Shown in pieces: positions 25,931 through 37,397 of a stretch of DNA of 64,000 bases. The notes below the pieces were generated by a model. It was not told the origin of the DNA and searched no databases. It worked only from the letters and a program-made list of their open reading frames with translations. The DNA is taken from the NCBI GenBank assembly GCA_907165135.1, contig OU015567.1, positions 12,214,001 to 12,278,000 on the forward strand, given 5' to 3'. How positions within the stretch are numbered: position 1 is the stretch's first letter; each line of letters starts with the position of its first letter. This DNA comes from Oikopleura dioica. Its lineage: Eukaryota > Animalia > Chordata. The translations under genes were made by a program, and so were the position numbers.

Positions 25931-26253
25931 CACAAATTTCGATAAATATATTTAACCAAAAAAATTTACAGCATGGTATGAAATTCATGTTATATAAAAG
26001 CAATTATCGGACACGCTGTCTGATCAACCGTAATTTTTTTCTCCGCAATCATCTTCGAAACAAATTCATATTCCGGAAAATGAACTATGATCATGAGATC
26101 GAGAAATAACATATGACATGTAAATTTATTCGGGTGAAATAAATGGCGTAATTTCAATTCAATAATACATAAGGAAATTGTCCAAAATTAATTTGGATCG
26201 AACTGTCGCTGTTTGATAAATGTCTTGAACATCGTTTATTCGTTTTCGTAGGT

Positions 26254-29200
26254 CTATTCGTGTAATTGTTCCGTTTGATTTTGAAGTAGTTGCGCAAAAA
26301 GACCAGCTTTGTCGGCAATCAGGGCATCAGGCTTTTCAAACTGTTCGATGTGGCCGTGGTTCATCACCAGAACTCTGAAATCAACAGGGTCAAAGAATAA
26401 TTTTGCAGCTATTTCTTACCGATCGTAGAAGGAAACGTTTGTGAGTCTATGTTGAATCGATAGTACTGTGCATCCCTTGAACTCGTTTTTAATTAACTGC
26501 TGAATTTTCAAGTCGGCTTCAGCGTCAACTGATGATGTGGCTTCATCAATGAGAATAAGTTTCTTCTTCGAAAGAAGTGCCCTAAAAATCGTTGACGCAA
26601 AGCTCAGAGGAATTAACCCACCTTGCGAAACACATGAGTTGTTTTTCCCCCTGTGACAGATTTCGCCCCTGCTCCTCAATAATTCCACCAAGACCCCCGA
26701 TCCTGTCCACTCTGCCACGCAATCCCACTCTGTCCACAGCAGCATTTATTTCGTCAGTGGAAAACTTTTCTTCCGGGTCCAGGTTTTCGGATATGGTTCC
26801 ATGGAAAAGGAATTCGTCTTGAGAAAGTGTCGTTACGTTTCTAAATAAGGTCAATGCTCTATTTAAGTAAAGTGAGACACCTTCTGAGTGAATGAACGTC
26901 AACGCTTTTCAGTACGACATCGTCGAGTCTAATCGTGCCTTGGAATTCCTCAAGCCTCAAGATTGTCTTGAAAATGCTCGACTTTCCTGAGCCAGTTCTC
27001 CCGACGATAGCCACGTGTTCTCCATTTTTGATTTGCAAAGAGAGCCCTTTCAATGCTTCTTCCGAGGCGCCGGGATACTGAAGATGGACCTTGTTTATCT
27101 GAAGATTTCCGCTTCTCGGCCAGTTCTTCACCACAGGCTGTGTTGGGCCTGCACCCTCCCCTAAACCCGTCATTAGAATTTCCAGGGCTTATTTTATCCA
27201 AAATGATACGATAAAATGTGAACTCAGGATTATTCAATCCTTTGGCAACATTTTTGACACTGAATATACCACAGAGAAGAATCTTTTTTTCAAATAATAG
27301 TCACTCCTTCTTTCACCCACAATGTCATCAAATATAATGAAGCTTGACAGTAGAATACTGATCACGTCAGAAGGATTGAAAATTATTCGAAAAAGAAAAA
27401 TAGTCATAGCCTTCTCAAAGGCTATTAATAATTAAGAAAACATCATTATCTCATACTTTCAAGTTTTGAATATTCATCGATTCGTTCGACGGAGATGAAT
27501 CCAAGTTCAGTGCTCAAGAAGTCCCTCATGAATGCGGAAATGACTCCAGTAAGAGGCAACGCATAGCTCAATGCCAAGCCGATAAGTGATGGATCTACAG
27601 TGGCGTATTCGTGCTGTGTAATTGCTAAAAGAATCTTTTAGTTTAATTAAAACATTAAGAATGTTGTTTTTACGATGCTTTGTCGTAATAAAGTATTCAT
27701 AAAATCGAAAGAAGTTTTCGTCATTTAGCAAGAATGCTTTTAAGTTAGATAAAAGGTTTTTAATAAAACAGTATACCTATTAGCGTCACTACTCCTGTGA
27801 CTGTCGCACCGATGCCAATTGTAAGCCGGTAGCTCAACCAGCTATTAGCGGCAAGCATTGAAAAGTTTACTCTTTGATTCGCTTCCAATAATTTAGCATT
27901 TTTCAGAATTTCCTGGTTCTGTTTTCGAAGAGCGCGAATCGTAGAAGCGCCAGTAATTGTTTCACTAGAATTAGGGACTTTTATTAGGGCAGAATTTAGT
28001 AGATCGCTACCTGAAATGCTGGTAGATCGGTGAAAGCGACGTAGCTGCTAGTCTCTTAAGATCTCTAGCTGTATGCCTGTAATAAAACTGCAAAGACGAG
28101 TAGAACGGCATGAGTGGAATAACGATGACGACGAACCAAGGTAGAGCGTAGGAAATAATGACGATAGTTCCCATTAGTTGGACACAATCGTTCATGAAAA
28201 TATTGAGGATGAAAGGAAGTCCGTCGTCAGCTTCGTTTATGTCCGAGCTAATTTTCATTTACAATACACTGTAACTGTTTCCAAATAAAACCTTACCTAA
28301 AACGATTGATCAGTCGTCCAGGTGGCGTCTTATGAAACCAGCTTGGCAAAGTATTCAACACAGAGTCAAGGAGCTTCTCATGAAGCCGTTTTGAAGCGAC
28401 AAGTCCTCCCTTTGCGAAAGAAAACGCGCGGATCAGAGTGATGACGGAATTGACAGCGCCGATTATGATGAAAACTTGAATGAAGGAGAGCTTCTTCGGC
28501 ATCGGGATTAGTTGGTCTTCGCTAAACGCAGTTCTGGCTTTTTGAGAAGAGTAGTAAGAATCCGTCGTATTGTCGTTATCATGGTGAATCCAGTAAGTGA
28601 GGAAGAGATCGCTGAGATTCTTGGAAAGCTGCATGAGAACGACGAAGAAAACAATGGCGATGAAAAGTGGGTATCCCGTCGCTTTGATGTAAGCATTGTA
28701 AACGCCCGCTGAAACGGCTCCATCAGCTTTGTCTTCCGCCTGTTCTTCGTCTTTCTTTCCCTCGGTCGCGTGAAACTCTTCTTCGGGAACAACGCTGGCG
28801 AATTTAGAAACGCCAAGAATCTCGTTCGGGGTGCCGGATTCAACGAACTCCCCGTTCTCCATTTTGTACACAATTCTTGCATCTCGTAAAACAGGGTTCC
28901 AATTCTGGCTGAGCGCTGAGCGACATCTGAGCGTGAGCGAGCGATGAGCGAGCGAGCGATCGCTCACGCTCCGCTCACTCAACTGATTTTCATAGAGAAC
29001 CGCTCAGTCGCTCGCTCGCTCAAGGTCAAAAAATATGATAGCTGAGCGAGGTTTGAGCGAGATCCGAGCGAGGCTGGAGCGATTTTGGAGCGAGGTTCGA
29101 GCGACGTTGGAGCGAGGTTCGAGCGACGTTGGAGCGAGGTTTGAGCGCCGCTCGAGCGAGGTCTGAGCGACGCTTGAGCGAGGTATATTACTCACTAGCC

Positions 29201-32200
29201 AATTCTCCGCGCTTATTGGCCAAGATCTAAAAACTCCTTGGCGGTTAGCGAATGAATGGGGAGGATTTTAAGCCACGGATTTATTAAAAAGAGAGAATTT
29301 TAAATAAATTCTGCGAATAATTTTAACATATTGTTGCCAGCAATATACGGTTGGCGTGTTAGGTCGTTGGGTTTTCCCCGCCGTCTACAACTATTGAGTT
29401 GGTAACAATAAAAAAATTATTTTCGCTGAAACCCACCGTCCTCAGCCCTACATTTTTTCAAAATTTAGGCTCTACTCAAAAATTGCTTTTGTTAGCTCAC
29501 AATATCCAGGTGGCGTGTTAGGTTGTTGGGTTTTCCCCGCCGTCTACATCTGTTGAGTGAGTTAATATATAATATTTTTCGGTCAGCCTGATTTATCAAT
29601 GATAAATTATCATTGATACCCAAGCCAACCCAATAATTTATTTTTTACGACAGCTTCCTTATTTCTTTTTCGATTATTACAGCGATTCAACAGGTTTCTT
29701 CAACAATTAGACTAACCTCAAAAATTGGTTATGTTAACTTTCAATATCCAGTTGGCGTGTTAGGTCGTTGGGTTTTCCCCGCCGTCTACAACTGTTGAGT
29801 AGGTTAACATAGAATATTTTACGGCTAGCCTGATTTTGATTGTAGAGGTATAAATTGTACCGTATACCAGGGAACCCCCCTTTAATTGTGGATAAAATGT
29901 ACCCATCCTGCGCCCTTAATTTCGAATAAAGCTTACCCCCGATTTTTTTAATTTCGGAAAATGATGACGTGACAACGCGGTGATGTCGCGCGCTCGGAAC
30001 CCTACCTTTCTAGATTTTGCTTAGCGGCAACCCCATTCGCTTGTTTAAAAACTACCTAATGAGTGTGCGTCATCTCCGCGTTGTCACGTCATCATTTTGC
30101 GAAATTAAGAGAATCGGGGGTAAGCTTTATTCGAAATTAAGGGCGCAGGATGGGTACGTTTTATCCACAATTAAAGGGAGGTCCTCTGGTAATCCAGGCT
30201 ACTCCCGCATTTCCCAAAATCCCGCATTTCTCAAATCCTGAATTTCTCAGAATCCCGTATTTCTCAAATCGCCAAATCAGGAGTCCGCCGATTCAGGATT
30301 TCGGGAAATGCGGGATTTTTTTTTTCTTTTGAGTTAATTTTCATGCTTACCAAATTTAAAGGGGGGGGGGTCGTCAATATGGATTTTCAGTGGTGATCGA
30401 AATCACACTTATACAAATAGTGTGCATATGAATAATATATATTTGGAATCTACAGATTCTGGCGAGTCTATTGAGCCTAAAATCGTATGATGAAAATAAG
30501 TTTTAGGGGGTTAAATTGAGAAAATTGTTAAAAAATGAACGCTTTTGGTCGATTTTTGCGAAATGGCCCTAGTTTGACGGGATTTTTGACCGTTTTCTGG
30601 CCAAAATTTTTCTTGTTTTCGCCGATGAATTCTTTCAACCCTTTTCTTTTCCCCTAACAATTTGTTTTTCTTTATCCAATCAGGTTTTCCCGCTTTTTGC
30701 TCAAGAGAAACCCCGATATTGACGACCTCCCCTTAAATTTGTTTATCATATAACTTTATTTTCTTGGCTTCTCCATAGCCAATCCTGGCTTCACCAAATT
30801 CAATCCTGGCTTCAACAACTTCGATCTTAGCTTTACTGACGTCAATCCTGGTGGCTCGAACGTCAATCCTGGCATCTCCAGCGTCAATCCCGGCTTCTTT
30901 AAATCCGATCCGGCCGTCACTTTCTTCAATCGTTCCGGCTTCTCAGTTCTCTATTATCGCTTCTTGAATGTCGATAATGGCTTTTCGAAGATAAGATTAT
31001 TGTTGAAAAATCCTTGATTGAAACTGATGAAGCCGGGATCGACATTGAAGTCGGGATTGACGTCAAAAAACCGGGATTGACATTGGAGAAGCCGTGATTG
31101 AAGTCGGTGAAGCTAGGACTGAAGATGTAGAAACCAGAATTGACGAAATACTCTGTATTAGAAAAACTGATTTTGAACTTTGATGACCTCTAGTGACCGG
31201 AAGATGAATTTTTTTCGAAATTTTGAGCCCGGAATTGAACTTTTGGGTACTTTTTTACTATTGTCACAAAGTTTTGTTCATAAAGGGATAGGAAATCGAC
31301 CACTTATTTTTTTCAGCGGGTCAATCCTCATTGATATTATATCAATTATATTGGAGAAAACATGATTGAAGCCAGTATTGCCAATACAGTATTGGCAATA
31401 CTGTATTGGGGTTGAAACTAGGATTGGCTTCCTCTTGGGCAAACGGCAACTTTGGCAAATGGAAACCAAACGGACTTGAAATTTTAGCTGAATCCTTCAT
31501 TCCTCAAAATCCTGCTTTTCTCAATCCTCCGTTTCCAAAAAGCCTGAATCGGCAGAATTCTGAATTGGCGATTTGAGAAATGCGCGATTTTGGGAAATGC
31601 GGGAGCAGCCAGATTGGGCTATAAAAGAACTTCTATTGATGACCAGAAAAATGAAGTAAGGTACGCTAAGAACCTTCTCAGCGAACCGTACTGGAGAGGT
31701 CTATTTTGGCGAACCGTTCGTCAACCAAAATTTTCTTGCTTCGCTTGAGGAATATTGAAATGTTTTCGCCTTTGCTTCGCTTTCGCCTTGATTTTTGGCA
31801 AATTTGAATGCCTGGGGTAGACAAAATTTTCGCTCGAGCGTCGCTCAAATGTCGCTCAAATGTCGCTCAGATTTCGCTCAAACCTCGCTCAAATCTCGCT
31901 CAAACGTCGCTCGCTCAGTCGCTCCGCTCGCTCAGCCGATATTTGAAAAATCTCGCTCAGCCACTCGCTCGCTCAGCCCTCGCTCAAATGTCGCTCGCTC
32001 ATCGCTCGCTCAAATTCAAAAATTTTTGGCCAAATTTGGAACCCTGTCGTAAAAACTCGATTTGGTGGCTGACCACTACACGTGTTGTGTCTCTCAACAG
32101 GCCCATCACTACGTTTTCGTAAATATGCGAAGCAACTCGGCGATCTAACGACGCAAAGATATCGTCAAGAAGATAAATATCCTTCTCCTAGAAAAACGGA

Positions 32201-35200
32201 ATGAATCTCAACCCTTTCTAGGGCGCAAAGGCCCGACCGAGATTTGAACTCGGGATCTCCTGATTACTAGTCAGGCGCTTTAACCAACTAAGCCATCGGG
32301 CCTGTTTCTCAAGCTTTCAAAGGTCATTTTTAAAACAATGCAAGAGTGGAACTTAGGCTTTTCTAGTGTCATTTTCACAAAATTCGAAATCTTACTTTTA
32401 TCAAAAAAGTGCTGAATATAAAAACCAAGTAAGAAAAGAGGAATCTCTTTGGGAAATTTTTATCAGCGCTAGAATTTTCGTTTTCATGCACGATTTATAA
32501 ATTGCCTTTGTAGGCGCTGAAGACAGGCCCGATGGCTTAGTTGGTTAAAGCGCCTGACTAGTAATCAGGAGATCCCGAGTTCAAATCTCGGTCGGGCCTT
32601 TTGTTTTTCATACCTGATAGACTTGCCGGGCTAGATGAATTCTAGCCTTTTGTCCGCCCGAGATGGTTGTTCCTCTCTCACCAAGCCACGTGAGATCTCC
32701 AGCTGGCCATGACTCAATATCCGCGACCAAAGCTGTAGCTTCGATGATTTTTCGATACAATTCCGGATTGTAAGCTGAGCCAAAGACGATATTCTCACGT
32801 ACTGTTCCATTGAAGATCCAGGCCTCTTGCGTCACAAGTCCCAACCCGTCGTGATTGTCATTCATAAGGAGAGAGCCGGACGTTCTATCGATTTCGCCAG
32901 CGATCGCTTGTAACAAACTGGATTTTCCGGAACCGACGTCGCCCGCGATTCCGACTAAATCTCCCTTTGCCACTTTGAAGTTGATGTTCTTCACTGTGGA
33001 AGGAGCGAGAATATTGGTAGAACTCGTGAAGGAAGCATTCGAAAGCTTGAAAATAAACGGCACTTCTGTGTTGTTGACAAGCCCATACATGGAAGGAGAA
33101 TCGAGCAACGCACAGTCATCATCGGCGGTGGTCGGCTCGTACACTTGTTGGTAGTCGATGACTGTCAAGTCAAGCATCTTTTGAAGTCGTTTGAGTGACA
33201 CGTAGCCTTCCATCGTCCCGTTGATTACCCAGGGGTAAGCATTCAGCGGGAATATTAACAAATTAATAAGCGACAAGCTTGTAAACACCTTTGCAGCAGT
33301 CAATGCTTCGCCAAAATACGAAAAAATCGTAAAAAGAATGATGGAAAGAATGACAGGAGTAGCTGCCCAAAAATAGACGCACGCAGCATCAAGGTACTTG
33401 ATTTTCCCAAGATGTCCGATTTCTTCTTTCCTCAGCTTTTCGACTTTCTTCTTGAAGATTTTCTCCATCGCCGTCATTTTTATAAAACTGATTGAGTAGA
33501 CGATGTCTGAAAGGAGTCGAATTCTAGCGTCCTTTGCGTTCATGAATTCTTTGTTGACTTTGCCGATGAATTTGCCCAGCCGATGATTGACGAAAATCAT
33601 CACCAGTGAGAAACCAAGTCCAATGCTGAAAACGTAGCCGACCTGAAAGTACAACAATCCGAGCACGAGAATCACTTGAGCAGGAACGCACCAAATCTGA
33701 TGCAAATTGACCACTGTGTTGGCCAATCTGTCGCAATCAGTTGACATCAAGTTGAGAATCTCCCCGATTGTTTTTCCTTCAAATTTGTGGCGAGCGACTA
33801 GAATTGTTTTTTCGTAAACACTCGTGACTAGCGCGCTTCGGAGGGATAGTTTCATGCGCTGGAGTTGATAATCAAGGTGTACGGAAAGCGTGCCCTCGAA
33901 TAAAGTAAGAGCGATGAGAATGCCAGCGTATGTAAAGCCAGTTTCGGGGTCCTTGACATCCCCTTCCATGTACTCCAAAAGATAGGAAAGTGTCAGTGGC
34001 TTGGCAAAGTTGGAAAGCATCGTGGTGAATTGAAAGATTCCAAACATAGCGAATTTGAAGCCGTAAACTTTCGCGATTCTCTTCCAGAGTGATTTGATTT
34101 CGTCCATGTCGGATTCATCCAAACTCGTGCTGCTGGAAGAGCGGGTGTACAAGGGAACGGGCCGGACAAGTTCAGAAACGCCGAATAGGTTCGTTGTGTA
34201 AAGAACTTTCAGATTTCGTGGGAGAATCATTGCTTGTTCTACTGTATTGATTCCGAATCGAGCTCCCTGGCGGAGCATTTTCATCGGCCAAGAGAGCGTC
34301 ATTTGCGTCCAAAGAGTGTTTCCGACTTCGGGAGAGACTGTGGCGCGGCCACTTCTTCTGTAACTAGCGGTAAGAGATTCTCCAAGAAGAAGGGATCGAT
34401 CTGCAAAGGATCCTTCTTCCTCACTTCCTTCTGTTGAAGATCTTCCGTCGCGGCGAATCGCGCGCTGGTACTGATGCGGAAGACGCTGGAAGTCGGGCGA
34501 GTGGGGGCATAAATGGGCGATGAGGTAAATTAGCTTCAGACATAAAATGGAAATCCAAACGCCGTTGTCGATCACGGATCTTTGGTAATGAATGTTCGAC
34601 TTGATGGACTGGGCTAAAAATGATAATTCAAGGGGGTAGATTTAATAGAAAACTTACCATAATAAGGAATGGTTAGAAACCAAGACATGAGCATCCAGCT
34701 TGGGCCATGTTTGAAAAAGAGCTTGTAGGGAACCATGAAAGCATAAAGATAGAAAAGATGAAGAACTTCTGCGATGATCCAGAACAGGTAGGTAACAAGA
34801 AGGGCGGGATAAGGTGGAGCATAAAGACTGTCAAATGGCAAGTAAAGCGAAACAAGGTGAACTATCAGAAGAAGGCTGATCAAGAAGTTGACGGTGATTT
34901 TTATCCAAATCTGCCAGGGAAACTCGGGAAGGCGAATGTTTGGTGACGGTTTGGCGAGAAAATAGGCACTAACAAGGGCGAAAACGGCCGCTGGGATGAG
35001 ACCAAAAAGGGTCAGCCCGAAGCAGTTTCCGAAATCTTCGTCTTTTTCATGCCAAACTTCAAGGGAACTCTCATTACAGACGACCTAAAAGAAAGAAATT
35101 TAACATCCTAAGCAACCAAGATAACCCTTTCACCTTTACAACGACCGGCCAAGAATCCCAAATAGAATTTTGATAATTGAAACTTTTCTCGGCATCATTT

Positions 35201-35262
35201 TGGGTTGAAGAAATTTTGACATTTTCATTAAAAGTCGGCGAAAAACGCAGTTTACTTGTCAT
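26254..35262 (-). CDS. ABCC10: ABC transporter C family, MRP7/ABCC10-like (start approximate)
   Basis: TMD0 (FGNCFGLTLFGLIP), TMD1, NBD1 (GDVGSGKSSLL, ISGGQKARIHLAR, IYLLDD), TMD2 (TPPGRLINRF), NBD2 (GRTGSGKSS, LSQGEKQLMCFAR, ILIDEATS). Confidence 0.92.
29350..29800. repeat. Three copies of a conserved ~50-bp core within 160/241-bp units
   Basis: GTTGGCGTGTTAGGTCGTTGGGTTTTCCCCGCCGTCTACAACT(A/G)TTGAGT at about 29350, 29510 and 29751. Confidence 0.9.
29867..30189. mobile_element. Nested MITE (323 bp) with ~110-bp TIRs and TA TSD (Tc1/mariner-type signature)
   Basis: TA at 29865-66 and 30190-91; arms CCAG(G/A)G...CCCTTTAATTGTGGATAAAA...CCCATCCTGCGCCCTTAATTTCGAATAAAGCTTACCCCC near-identical in inverted orientation. 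Confidence 0.85.
30360..30732. mobile_element. Nested small TIR element flanked by TTAA
   Basis: TTAA at 30356-59 and 30733-36; ends (A)GGGG...GTCGTCAATAT / ATATTGACGACCTCCCC. Confidence 0.55.
30770..31140. repeat. Foldback of ~21-bp tandem units
   Basis: Repeated TCAATCCTGGCTTC-like units (about 30780-30905) mirrored by GAAGCCGGGATTGA-like units (about 31010-31130). Confidence 0.65.
32229..32302 (-). tRNA. tRNA-Thr(AGT)
   Basis: GGCCCGATGGCTTAGTTGGTTAAAGCGCCTGACTAGTAATCAGGAGATCCCGAGTTCAAATCTCGGTCGGGCCT; cloverleaf, anticodon loop CT-AGT-AA. Confidence 0.95.
32526..32599 (+). tRNA. tRNA-Thr(AGT), identical second copy
   Basis: Same 74-nt sequence on the plus strand, followed by a T-run terminator. 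Confidence 0.95.
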
Positions 35263-35449
35263 TTCTTCTTTTTTCTTTGGATTCTCTCTAGCTGTCGGTC
35301 ATTTTCTTTGTGTCTGCGTCAGTTTGTCTCGATTATCGAAAGAGTAGAGTTATTGATTTCGCAGCGAGACTCTTCCGAAGAAAAATGATGAAAAAAACAG
35401 AAAGGGCGCGCTGTGCTGATTGGTCGAGCGGCGATGAGTGAAAAAAGCT

Positions 35450-35520
35450 TGCAACGTCCGGGAATCGAACCCGGGCCTCCCGCGTGGCAGGCGAGAATTC
35501 TACCACTGAACCAACGTTGC
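35450..35520 (-). tRNA. tRNA-Gly(GCC)
   Basis: GCAACGTTGGTTCAGTGGTAGAATTCTCGCCTGCCACGCGGGAGGCCCGGGTTCGATTCCCGGACGTTGCA. Confidence 0.95.
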
Positions 35521-35599
35521 TTGGAGAACGATATTCACCTTTAATTACATAAAGTGCTCATCAGATAGTTTTTGTTTGTTTCTATTGATTGCTATTTAG

Positions 35600-35690
35600 G
35601 TGATCTCTTCATGTCGACTGATGTCGACGGAGACAACAGTTTCACCTTTGGCAACGCGAGTCCGGTCGACAGAAAACTTCACCGGCCACT
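35600..35690 (+). pseudogene. Orphan, frameshifted copy of exon 46033-46124
   Basis: About 90% identical (8 substitutions and a 1-bp deletion by hand alignment); AG and GT flanks retained; neighbouring exons absent. Confidence 0.75.
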
Positions 35691-36501
35691 GTAATTTCTA
35701 CATTTTACATATGCATTTGCCTGCTTTGGTGGCAAGATGGTTGCATTTCAGGGGTAGATACGAGTGCTGATAAGAATTAAAAAGTAGATCTAGTTGACCG
35801 AAACAGCTGCTACTGGCAGTAGTCAACTTTGGTATAAATACTCGGTTGCATGCATGTAGCTTATTTTATACCTTACAAATTCAAATGAAGATTCGTTGAC
35901 TATTTTTAAGCTTTCAACCTTTAAGGTAATACCTTTTATGAAATGAAGTCCTTTTCCTCTAGTTTTTTCTCGAAGAATGATCGAATAATTATCTTAAAAA
36001 TGAATCTACATATTTTGCTTCTGCTCTTATGAGGAAGGTTGTATGAATAAACTGGAACGTACAGTTAATTATGGAATTTTTGGACATTTTTGTTGAGGAA
36101 AATCTCCATCATCCTCTGTTTCATTCTTTTTCTAAAGACAAAAAAAGTTCCAGGGGTACGAGATAAACCTTCAATCTTTTCTTTCTCAAAGAAAAAATAA
36201 GATTTTTGAGAAGAGAAAACGTCATATCTAGCAAAAAACAGAAAATTCAAAATTTTGGCGCAGAAAATGTCCAAAAATTTGACACAGGCACTTTTGAAAA
36301 GTGTCCCAAGAAATCCCCTTAAAATTGCAAAAATGTCCAAAAATTTTATGTCCAAAAATTCCATAAAAAACTGTATTTCATTAAAGTAACTACCAAAAGT
36401 TCCATCTTGATAGCAGTTGTTAAAATTCTTCTCAGAAACGAGTGAGTCTTTGTTGATTTCCTTCAGATCAGATTATGTCTTTTTTCATAACCAGTAACGC
36501 A

Positions 36502-36982
36502 CAGAGTTGCAAATTTGGCTTTATTTTCGCTGAGCTGAGCTGAGCTGAGTGAGAAATTCTCTGAGCTGAGCTGAGCTGAGCTGGCCTATTTCGGAGCTCA
36601 CTGAGCTGAGCTGGCCATTTTCAGAGGTCATTGAGCTGAGCTGAGCTGAGCAGACCTTTTGTTAAGGTAGTTGAGCTGAGCTGAGCTGAGCAGACCCTAA
36701 TTAGAGCTGAGCTGAGTGAGCTGATTTGAGCTATTTTTTACTGTTTTTTAGTAGTGAAATTGTGTTAAAATTATTGAGCTGAGCTGAGCTGAGCTGAATG
36801 ATACTTGTCTGAGCTGAGCAGAACAGATCATGTTCGAGAATAATTGAGCTGAGCTGAGTGATTATTGTCTGAGCTGAGTTGAGCTGAGCAGATAAATTCA
36901 TTTTCGAAAATCAGTGAGCTGAGCGACTGCTCAGCTCACTCAGCCAGCTCAGCTCACTCAGCTCAGCAAATTTGCAACTCTG
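36502..36982. mobile_element. MITE (481 bp), 8-bp TSD, hAT-type, intergenic
   Basis: TSD GTAACGCA at 36494-36501 and 36983-36990; TIR CAGAGTTGCAAATTTG; interior dominated by (GAGCT)n, inverted at the right end. Confidence 0.93.
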
Positions 36983-37397
36983 GTAACGCATGGTAAATTC
37001 AGTACTTCTGGTCAGCTTGAACAGGTTTAAACGACGGATTTTCGACGTCATTTTCCGAAATCCGCGGCATAATCAAAGCGCTAATCCATTTTTACGCAAG
37101 CCGCTCCGAAATGTACATTTCCGACCTTTTATACAAATCTGCGCAATTTCGCGAAAGTTCGGTAGTTTATTTTGCTCTAAAATAGAAAACCTCTTCGCAC
37201 CTGGTACGAGTTATAGCCGTAAACAAGTATGATCGGCGATTTAATATTCCCGATAATCTGTTGTCGTAAACGTGCTCGCGGTTAATACCAAAACTGCTAC
37301 AACTCCTATATAAACCGCGCAGGATCTGGAAAAAAATCACTCGAGATAATTTGAGCGTCAGGGATAGAACATCGCTAACCCAAGAAAATCGTCAAAA

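Larger units (their letters stand above)
30191..31615. mobile_element. Nested older TIR element (no clear TSD)
   Basis: GGCT(A/G)CTCCCGCATTTCCCAAAATC(C/G)CGCATTTCTCAAATC at about 30198 and inverted at about 31565-31610. Confidence 0.6.
28892..32046. mobile_element. Composite non-autonomous TIR element (3155 bp), 8-bp TSD, hAT-type, inserted in an ABCC10 NBD1 exon
   Basis: TSD TCGTAAAA at 28884-28891 and 32047-32054; TIR CAGGGTTCCAA; arrays of GAGCGA/TCGCTC at both ends. The flanks rejoin as HQIEFLR|DARIVYKMENGEF. Confidence 0.93.

Noticed and set aside
28892-32122. ORFs 29004-29195, 31795-32052, 31808-32122 and the first ~30 codons of 28293-28982 as transposase or genes
   Set aside because: Translations of subterminal GAGCGA repeats; no DDE or zinc-finger motifs.
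36502-36982. CRISPR-like or satellite array
   Set aside because: Pentamer repeats bounded by TIRs and a TSD, no unique spacers, eukaryotic context; the same applies to the 29.3-29.8 kb repeats.
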